A stretch of DNA of 64,000 nt from Camelus ferus. Lineage: Eukaryota. The position numbers and the translations under genes were made by a program. The stretch lies in the NCBI RefSeq assembly GCF_009834535.1, contig NC_045697.1, forward strand, positions 63,180,001 to 63,244,000, in the 5' to 3' direction. The notes under the pieces were generated by a model. The model saw only the letters and a list, made by a program, of their open reading frames with translations. It was not told the origin of the DNA and did no database searches. Position 1 is the first letter of the stretch. The number at the start of each line of letters is the position of its first letter. Shown one piece after another: positions 54,795-64,000 of this stretch.

Positions 54795-54995
54795 TCAACA
54801 TGAAGTATCATCAGTGTTATAGGGTCTGGAGGCAAACTGATTAAAATCTGGTTTTGTTCCTCCCAAGCCGTGTGACCTTGAACAGTGCTCCAACAGGGAT
54901 AATAATAGTACTTACCGTGTAGAATTTTTCTGAGAAATAAAGACAACACTGTAAGTATAAATGCACGTTAATACATGGAACCATGCCAGCACATA
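54795..54995 (+). mobile_element. MIR SINE
   Basis: gggtctggaggcaaactg...tgtgaccttgaac...gggataataatagtactt. Confidence 0.7.
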
Positions 54996-57451
54996 ATGTT
55001 CTTTAAACATTTGTTTAAAAAGCATTACTCTTTCACTGGGTTAAGCTTTACCAGTGGATTGTTACATAGTAAATATATGGATCCTGGATATTTGGAAGGA
55101 AAAATAGAAAAGAGAACTCTTTCACGTAAAAAAGCAAATACTTTTCTTTTAAGCTTACAATTTGCACATTAATAATAAACTACTCTGATGAATTAGAGTG
55201 GCACCTTCAAATGTACTTATAAATGATATTTATAAGTTAACTGCTCTAAGCACCTTCAATAATTTGAATGTTTTAATTTTGCATGAAAGAAAAAAATGTC
55301 TCTTCTAATAAATCTTTGGCATTTTTGTGAACATTTATTAAAATATATTGCTTTCTTAGTGCTTTAAAATTGATTTTATAAATTAAAAGACCAAATGAGA
55401 TAGAAATTTAGTAAATAAATAACATGATTTTGATACATACAACTGGAGAGCAATTTACAATTTCACCGTTTAGGTTTTGCATCTTAGTTATTATGGGTGT
55501 GAAAGAAACATTTTGTAGAATACGGTAATAATAGAGAGTCATTTCATGTAATAGCATATGCTTTGTGGTGTGAGAAAAGGTTACATGGCAAAGTCAGAAT
55601 ACTCAATCTTAAATCTACGACTGTACCAACTTTTGCAGGTTTTGGACTTAGGAGTCCCATAGGTTTGATCATTTTTGGTGTTCATATACTTTAATTACCT
55701 AGAAATAAATGAAGGTAGTGCTTAGAACAAAACCTTAGGATAAATAATTCTTGTGACTCTCAAACATTTCCCTTCATTTTAAAACCACTGTTGTATAATC
55801 TCATATCAACTGTCAGTGTTTCATGTCTGTCTGAATCATTCTTTTCATATTGATTGATGGTTGCTGACAACTGACTTCCTCTGGATGAAGTTCTGGAAGT
55901 TCTACATGTAACCTTCTCAGAATGCCCTGATTAGTGACCCCAATCTTGGCAAAAAGGCTCTATCTGTCTAGAAAGAAATGGGGACTTTAATTTTTCAGTC
56001 AGCCTTCCTCGACATTCCCAAGTAACAGAAGACTATGATGGGATTGTCTGCGCTTCATGCAATTTATTTACAACAACAGTTCTTTTCACAGAAGAGCAAA
56101 TTTAGCATATAAATTTGTAGGTTGGTGCCTCAAATTATTATTTGCATCTTTGGTTAGAAGAAATAGTGAAGTGTACTGATTTTTTTTCAACTCATGGAGG
56201 CTGGAAACCTACTTGAATATACAATGCCTTGACCCTGGCTCATGTTTTTTAAGTTACATTATAAAATAATTGTCTGCTTTTCCATAAATTTACCTTCATT
56301 AAATTTAGAAGTCAGTAAATTTGTTCATACATTTTTAAAGCTAACTTTATAAATACAATTAAATAATGTAATTAAAACTTGGGAATTTGTTTGTTTTCTT
56401 CTCTGCTTTCTCTGAAAGCCAGTTTTTCCTATCGTAAGAGTTAAGTCTAAATAGTGAACCATTTGTACTTGATGTGATTTGGAAAGCAGAGAAATCATCT
56501 TTATGTCAAATCAGGGTTCCGATAATTTTGACAGTACCTAAGCATGCCACTATAATTCAATCATTGAGATTAAAAATCAAAAACCCCTGGTAGTAAATAG
56601 ATGGATTTGAGAGGAATCCATGAAATAAGTATCGTCCCTTTAACAATTTTAGAATAATCAACTGGGCTAGCCACTTACAATTCCTTCTGAAAAAGTGATT
56701 TTTCTTTGGGGTAGAGGGTAGGGAAAGGGAGAAGGGGGAGGCATTAAGAAAATGAAATTAAATTTGATATAATTAAATTAGAAAGATAGTTTTCTTCAAG
56801 AAATTTCTAGAAGTTACATTGTTTTGAGGCCAACATCAGTATTTCTCACATCTGTTCATCTACTCTGTTTTCATGACTATATTTTAAAACTTTTTATTTT
56901 TCCTGTTTATGAAAGTAAAAGATCACTATAAGAAATTTGCAAAACACTAAAAGCTGTAGAGAAGAAAATGATATCATCTGTTGTCAAATAACCCAAATTT
57001 TAATTCTTGTAATTTTTATACATTTACCTTTAAAATGGTGTAGTATATAAGCAATATTTCTCAGTTGTGAAAGAGATTTGCATTCTTTCACAAAGTTCAA
57101 CATAATTAGCAAACCGTATCTTACTTTAGCACTTTTTGTAAAATTTGTCTACTTAATCTAACAAAAGTGAAAAAATATGTACAGTACTATTTCATAAAAA
57201 TTGTATATTGTTTTCATCTTGAATCTCTAACATGTTTGAAAATGTACTTGTTGACTTATTAATGAAGTGGTGAGGTAGAGACTTGTGTTGGCTAATTTTG
57301 ATTTTCATTTTATTTATTTGTTTCCATTGATCTTACAGTGTAATTTCCTTTTAGAGTCTAACAATGATTCAGTATTTATATCAGAAATATTTTAATGTCT
57401 CCTGTTTTAAATATAAAATACAGTATTTTATCTGAGATATTAAATAAATAT

Positions 57452-57509
<58 letters not shown>
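57452..57509. repeat. Compound (TA)(TG)(TA)14 microsatellite
   Basis: Seen directly in the sequence. Confidence 0.95.
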
Positions 57510-57512
<3 letters not shown>

Positions 57513-58889
57513 GTCACATGACTATCTACTAATCTATTTACCCTCAGAAATCCTTTCTCTTCTCAGAGACATATTACTAAGGTTTCTTTTAGTTCTTTTT
57601 TTTTTTTTTTTCTGTTTCAGAAAGGACAGCCTAGGCATATTCTTTGTTTTGAAAAATCTGTAGTACCCTTTTATTATCCCATTCATGTTGTGACTTCTCT
57701 GTTTGCCTACCTTGCATTTATTACACAAATTCTTGTATCTTGTGATAAATGAAATTTAAAAGCATTAAAACTTTAATGTAATTTAATTTCAAGTAGATAT
57801 AAAAACTCAGTCATTTAAATGAAACTCCCAACCATCCATCTTTAGATAGGTTTATTAATTTTTACTTTCATCATACAACAATTAATGGGGCTTATTTTCT
57901 TATTGACTTAATTATTCTTTTTTTTAACTTCAGTGTCTTTGAGTTCAATTTCAAGTGTTCCAACCTCTAGATCATAAAAATTAAGTATTGATACTCATAT
58001 TACCTTAAGCAAACAAATGCTCCCTAGTTTTGAAAAATATTCTTGTTTACTTAGAGCCTTTTCTTTACTTGCTCTTTTCCATTTTAAAATAACTCAGCTC
58101 TGTTTCCCTCATAGAGATCCAGGTAACTTTTCCTCTGATCTGAAGTTTATTACCCTATTACTTGAAAATATCTCTAGAAGAAATTAAAACTTCATTAAAA
58201 TTGGGGAAAGGGAAGACTTTTCTGTCTTGCTCACAGTTGAATCCTACCCCTAAGTATATTTCTTGTAACATACCAAGTAGTTCACTAAATATTTATTGAA
58301 TAAGTGAATGTTATCCCAGAGGAATGAGTCAGTAACTGTACGTCGATTTCATCACTAGCATTGTTTAAGACAACAGTGGAAATTTAAAATATAATAGTTT
58401 TTTCTTCTCCCAGTATGATAGAATTATTTGGTTTAGATTCAAAGCTCATGCCAAGGATAAGTAGAGACAAACTTTTTAAAAAAGAGAAAGAAATAAAATC
58501 TGTTTGATGACATTGGAAGAGATGATGAGGAAATTAGTGCTTCTCCTTGACACATACTGGACAGTAATCTTTGCCTCTTGAGTGCCACAAGATTGATTTA
58601 AATTCAGCTCTGCTTTCAATGGTCATCTATTTTATTTGCAGACTCTAGTGCTGAACAGATTAATAACAGCAATATTTTTAGGGGAAAATTGAAGAACATT
58701 GGGATAATTTCTTACACCTCTTTCTGAGATGGTGGCTCCATACTTCTTCACTGACTTGTGTGCTCCTGTTGTATTTTTGTCCTCTCTTTCATTAATGTGT
58801 GCTGTCATCCTCAGTGTTTGACTGTTTCTACATTGTTGTCCCTGTCATGGTTCTTGAAATGAGTACTTAGATCACTGATTATTGGCCAT

Positions 58890-59352
58890 TCATTTATAAT
58901 CAACTCAAATACCACTTCCAGCACTATCATTTTTTGTTTCTTTACTGCACTTTCATTCATATTGGCAAATTCCTTCCTTATAGTATTCATTTTTGTAAAA
59001 TTTCGCATGAGTTTATCATTGGGAGAGAAAGAAGCAATGCATCTATATACTTTGATGTCTGTCCTTAATCTGAGTAACAGATGCATAGTGACCAATTGTT
59101 GACATACTTTGAAAGAAGCAGTGTGTGTGTGTGTGACCTATCTTGATTTGCATCTCTTATTTGTGTATTGACTTGTGGACTGAAGATACAGTGAAGAAGT
59201 ACTTTTGTACTTTATATAATTTCTCACAGTTGATATGCCATGCTAACTTGCCAACTGAAATTTGAGCCATATTTTGGGGGGTATTTGTTGTTCTTTAACT
59301 AAACCTAACTAAAATTTGTGCATATCAGAACCATGTAGGAAGATTGAATATA
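58890..59352 (-). mobile_element. TcMar-Tigger DNA transposon, 5' part with decayed transposase start
   Basis: The minus strand reads catggttctgatatgcacaaattt (TIR-proximal), ttctttcaaagt..tc...ttggtcact.tgcatctgtta and atgaaagtgcagtaaagaaacaaaaaatgatagtgctggaagtg (KKQKMIVLEV, like Tigger KRKVITLEV). Confidence 0.75.
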
Positions 59353-59438
59353 TATATACAAACTCAGTTTTATTAATTATTAGGAAAACTATTAATCAAA
59401 GCTACAACTTGATAACACTATACACTTATAGGGATAGC

Positions 59439-60093
59439 CGTGGTAGGCAGAATTCTAAGATGACACATGACCCTAGCCCTCATATAGTTCCTTCTACTGG
59501 GGAGATGATACAACATCACTACTGTAATTAAGTTATCTTACATGGAAAAAGGGAATTTACAGATGTAATTAAGGTTACTAACCAGTTGACTTTCAGTTAA
59601 TCAAAAGGAGATACTCTGCATGGGCATAACCTAATCACATGAGCCCTTTAAAAGCAGAGAATTTTTTTCTCCACTGTTAGCAGAAGAAGAAATGAGAGAT
59701 TTGAAGCATGAGAGGGCTTCAATGTGAGGGATATTTTCCATTACTGAGATGGACAGGCCATTGGCCATTGACCCGTGAGTTGCTTCTAGGACCTGAGAGT
59801 AGTCTCTGGCCAACAACATGCAAGGTAAAAGAGACCTGAGGCCTACTTACCATAAGGAATTATATTTTGCTAACAGCCTAAATGAGCTTGGGCATTGCTT
59901 TTTCCCCCAGAGACTCTAGATGAGAGTACAGGCTCACTGTCAAACTGACATTGTTATGAGACCCTAGTCAGACTCAGACCCAGTTGAGCCAACATGAACC
60001 TCTAACCTGCAGAACTGTGAGATGATAAATGAGTGTTGTTTTAAGCTACTAGATTTGTGCAAATTTGTTACACAGCAATAGAAAATTAACAAA
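59439..60093 (+). mobile_element. MaLR solo LTR, MLT1E-like
   Basis: gtggtaggcagaattctaagatg...cagatgtaattaaggttactaa.cagttgact...gaactgtgagatgataaat..gtgttgttttaagc...ttgttacacagcaatagaaaa. Confidence 0.9.
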
Positions 60094-60104
60094 ATATTAA
60101 AATT

Positions 60105-60755
60105 TTAAAAAACTGACAAAAATCAAGTGTTAGTATAGACGTGGAGCAACTGAAACTGGGGGAATAAAAATTAGAACGATCAATTCAGAAGACTGTTTGG
60201 AAGTATCTCTAAAGCTGAACCCAAAGTGTAGAGCATACCCTATGAGCAGTTACAGGCTCTAGATACTTTTGCAATATGAATCTATTTGTGCATACACACA
60301 CACACAAAAATACAAGAAGTTTTATAGACATTTTGACATAGCTTCAGACCAGAAACAATACAAGTGTCCATCACCAATAAAATGTACAAATATATCGTGC
60401 TGTATTTATTCAGTGGAGAGCTCCACAGCTATGAGAACGAACTACTGCTGCACATGAATGAGTTTTACAGATGTCTGTTGAATGAAGTCAGCCACACATG
60501 AAATAGTTCACACACAGAAGAGTATGAACTCATTTATATAAAGTTCAGAAATAGGTAAAACTAATCTATGGTTATATAAGTAATAATAATGGCTGTGTTT
60601 GGAAGCTATAGTAGTGATAAGGAAGGGATATTTCAGAGCATGTTAGGGTGTTGGTTTATTAATCTTGATGCTAATTAAATAGGTGTGTTTATGTTGCAAA
60701 GATTAGCAGTGTATAATTTGTGCACTTCTTATTCTTCAGTGAAAAGCTTTTTTAA
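60105..60755 (+). mobile_element. Old L1 (L1ME-type) 3' end
   Basis: gtggagcaactgaaact, aagtgtccatcaccaata, atttatataaagttcagaaataggtaaaactaatctatgg. Confidence 0.75.
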
Positions 60756-61003
60756 AATGAAGGATTGTAAAATATTGGCAACACCTTTTCCACTCTGTGG
60801 CTTAAAAAAAGAGAAGAAAAAGTGCCTAAGGTCGTACAACTACGGATTGGAGAGACAGAGTAGAAAATGATACTTAAAGATAATTTAATGATAATATTTC
60901 AGTTGAATTACCTCTTTCATTTTACTGAAAAATGAAAAAGAGAAAGTGAGAATAGTCGAGAAATAATTCTGACGTTTACAATCATTTCTTTCTAATAAAA
61001 CAG

Positions 61004-61124
61004 TTTGCCGGGAGGATTCATACCACTCTGTGGTCTCGTGTGCTGCTGTGGTTCTCACTCCTATGGAACCAACAATAGAAATGAAGAAAAGAGAAGAACT
61101 AAAATTTCCTGAACCTTCCAAACA
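61004..61124 (+). CDS. CCSER1: Next internal coding exon of CCSER1 (121 nt, phase 1 to phase 2): (V)CREDSYHSVVSCAAVVLTPMEPTIEMKKREELKFPEPSK(Q)
   Basis: CTGAC at 60969-60973, CAG acceptor at 61001-61003 and ACA|GTAAGT donor. The split codon G+TT gives Val and joins in frame to exon 14711-14804. The peptide matches the recalled CCSER1 sequence. Confidence 0.95.
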
Positions 61125-62639
61125 GTAAGTTGTTCATTTGATTTTTCAGAGTTTTATAAAACTAATTAGATAATTAGATAACTGATCAGAATGAAATCAC
61201 TCAGAAATTGTTACATATAATCAATGTATTAATGCTAGTATACTGAGAGAACAGAAATAAATTTTGTGCATTTAAAAAAATGATTTATCCTTTAATGCCT
61301 CAGTGGGTGACTTCTGCCTTCTGACTTTGTGTGTTTGAACTATATGCCATTCAAGTTTCATTTTGTTACCTGAGTAATGTAAGTAGACTGAAGGACTTTA
61401 TTTCCTTAATACTGTGGTGATGGATGTGCTGTTCTCAGATTCCTTATCTTATAGTTGCGGGTTTTAATGGTCTAAAATATGATCAATTTTAAATATAAGT
61501 TTCTTAGCCTTAAGTTGGTTTGCACTTTTATAAGGAATGAAAGTTATTTTTAACTTTAACTATTTAATGTTTTCATATTTTTCCATTTAAACAGATCAAA
61601 CTTCATTTAAATTTAAATTTGATCTTATGTGGAAAAAATAATAGATTTTTTCTTACAGGAGCCAAAGAGAATTAAATTCATGATAACAAAAGTATGATCT
61701 ATGGACTTGAAATATCAAATAAACTAGGATTATTTCTAGTTATGTGTTAAGTAAATGAAAAGGGAAAACCTACTGCTGATTTTCTAGTGAAAGCAGTGCC
61801 ATGCCCGCTAGAAGGTCTCAGGTTGGAGATGTGGTGATGTATGGTGTCTCCAAGGGTTGCTGGCAGGTGAGAGTTTCTTTGAAGCACCTACTATTTTTCC
61901 CCTAGGTTAACTGTATCATATTTTGTTTCTTGATGTCTTTCTACTGAATTAGCTCTTGAAGACTGAGTTTCCTGGAACATGATAGTGTCTGATACACTCT
62001 GTGAAATCAATTAGAAAATCCCTTAATGTTGCATTCAATAATGTTGAATTCAAATGGAGCAATGTATATATTTGATTGCATGAAGATAGTCCGTATTAAT
62101 ATTCTCATTATAGAGAAAAGAAATACTAGCCAATTCAGAAAGTAATGATTGTAATTCAGTTTTAATACAATCTAAAAGTGAAAACAATTTAACTACTCTT
62201 AATATAGTCTTATTTTTTAAGTTCTGAAAGTCATTTTTTGTCTAATAGGAGGAAAATTACATCTCATATATGCCAATTGAATTATATTAGAAAACTCAAA
62301 TGCATTTTTTGCAATGTATGTATGAGTTTATATATTTGTAAATTGGATCTTAAATTCTCTTAATTATCTTTCAGTGACTGCTTAAAACTGGTGAATAGTA
62401 CTATTTGCTTGCATAAAATGTCTTTTTTCTTGTCTTAGCTACTTTATAAATATCCATTCTTTTTATTTAGAGGTATATATTGAAGTAGACAGCATTTGTT
62501 AACTGGCTGCCCTTTTTCTTCCTGTTATCCTGCATTCACTCTGATACTCTCCTTTATTCTCTGAATCTATTTTGTTATTTAAACTCTCCCTCAACAGAAT
62601 CATTCATTCATTTGTGCAGGTTTTGTTATTGGTTTTGTT

Positions 62640-62840
62640 TTTCTAAGTCAGAGAGACCTTGGTTAAAATCTTACCTCTGCTACGTATCAGATGGAAATTG
62701 GAGACATTTTATTTAAACTCTTTGTCTACATCTGTTAATTGGGGTGATATCACCATATTTACAGGGTCGTTGTGAATGTTATGTGAAGTAATATTGTTAC
62801 AAGATCTGAAATCTCAAAATCCGTAAAGGTGTTAGTTATG
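62640..62840 (+). mobile_element. MIR SINE
   Basis: gtcagagagaccttggttaaaatct..cctctgctac...catctgttaattggggtgat...cagggtcgttgtga. Confidence 0.7.
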
Positions 62841-63379
62841 TTGCCCCTTCCATAGCTGCAGCTACCAACATTACTGGTGACTTACAGATATAAATTCTTC
62901 TCCTCAAGTTTCTTATTATGCAAGTTTAATATTTAAATTCTTGACCAGACTTATCTAACTAGATAACCTACCAGAATCTTATGCTAAATGTGTCTAAATC
63001 AAATTAATGACTCCTCTAGACCCCTCAAGTTTTTCATTCCTTCTGATTTCTGTATTTATGTAGAGCTACCATTATTTTTCTTAAGATCACAATATGTTTT
63101 CCCTCACATCTCACATTCAGTTAGTTATTGATTACTTGATTAATGTCTCTATTATATTTTTCTTACCATTTGAGCTGACCAGGAAGGCATAGACTTCTCA
63201 TATTTTAAAACTTATTCTAATATATATATATTCAGTTGTGATCTTATTGAAGCCATCCAAATGATGGTCATATATCAAATGGAAATTACATATGCCCTCC
63301 ATGTCTCATGCTACTGTTTTGATAATTATATGGTAAGTGTGACTATATGGCAAGAACACAATATAAATTCAGATATAGT

Positions 63380-63960
63380 GATTAATTCAGAACTCTTGTT
63401 TGCCAATGAACAAAGCCCAGATGCAAATTGGTTTCAGAAAAATCAAGGGTGGTGATTGTTATTGTATAACAATATGTAATTGAAAGTGTAGAGGTAAAAA
63501 TGTCCTCAAGTATGATTCAATCTAGTACTCTGACGATGTCCTGGAGGGTCATTCTCTCCATCTACATCTCTGTTCTGCTGTCTTGTCTGTAGTTTCCATT
63601 TTCAAAGAGGTTCCTCTAGTGGTGACATTACTGTCTTCAGCAGCTACTGGGACAAATTTTTATCTTTTCAACAAATCCAGTGGAAATAAATGATTTCTCT
63701 TTCCCTTTAATCAAAATAATAAAGCCATATCTGAGTGTCATTGACTTTGACCAGCTTAGCTTGTTTGACATGACTATGCTGAGGCATTCACTGTACCCAG
63801 GAATATTTGATGATGTGATTGGCTGGAATCAGATTACATGACAAACTCTGCAGCAGAGGGTGAAGATGAGATGGAAAAAGTGATTCCACACTCAAAATAG
63901 GGGTGATGTTGGTGAAAGAAGGCAGATACAGATGCTAGGAAGTCAAAACAGTGGCTGCTC
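63380..63960 (-). mobile_element. Old MaLR LTR (MLT1J/K-like)
   Basis: gaactcttgtttgccaatgaacaaagccc...tgagtgtcattg...tgattggctgg...gatgctagg. Confidence 0.55.
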
Positions 63961-64000
63961 AATATAGGCAGTGTCATCATTAGTTTTAAAAGTCAGAATT

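Larger units (their letters stand above)
14805..61003 (+). other. CCSER1: 46,199-nt GT-AG phase-1 intron of CCSER1
   Basis: Bounded by the two exons above, which have compatible phase. Confidence 0.9.

Noticed and set aside
60885..61121. 78-aa minus-strand ORF
   Set aside because: Antisense shadow of the real CCSER1 exon.
1..64000. Prokaryotic-type systems (CRISPR arrays, operons, defence islands)
   Set aside because: This is mammalian intronic DNA with no regularly spaced repeat-spacer array and no dense ORFs.

Overview
AT-rich, CpG-depleted mammalian genomic DNA, probably camelid (alpaca/camel-type tRNA-derived SINEs and L1 3' ends). The window lies inside the very large gene CCSER1 (FAM190A) on the + strand. 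Two internal coding exons (14711-14804 and 61004-61124) join in frame across a 46.2-kb phase-1 intron. The rest is intronic, with MIR, L2, L1, MaLR/ERVL LTRs, Tigger and Charlie DNA-transposon relics and microsatellites. Almost all ORFs in the supplied track are chance or repeat-derived. The most unusual signal is a ~1.1-kb non-repeat block on the minus strand (11614-12693). Read through its stops and frameshifts, it carries opsin/class-A GPCR landmarks in collinear order, so it is a candidate fossil non-visual opsin nested antisense in the CCSER1 intron. The same block also forms a possible in-frame cryptic terminal exon of CCSER1 on the + strand. Repeat family names and family motifs were recognised from memory, not from database searches.
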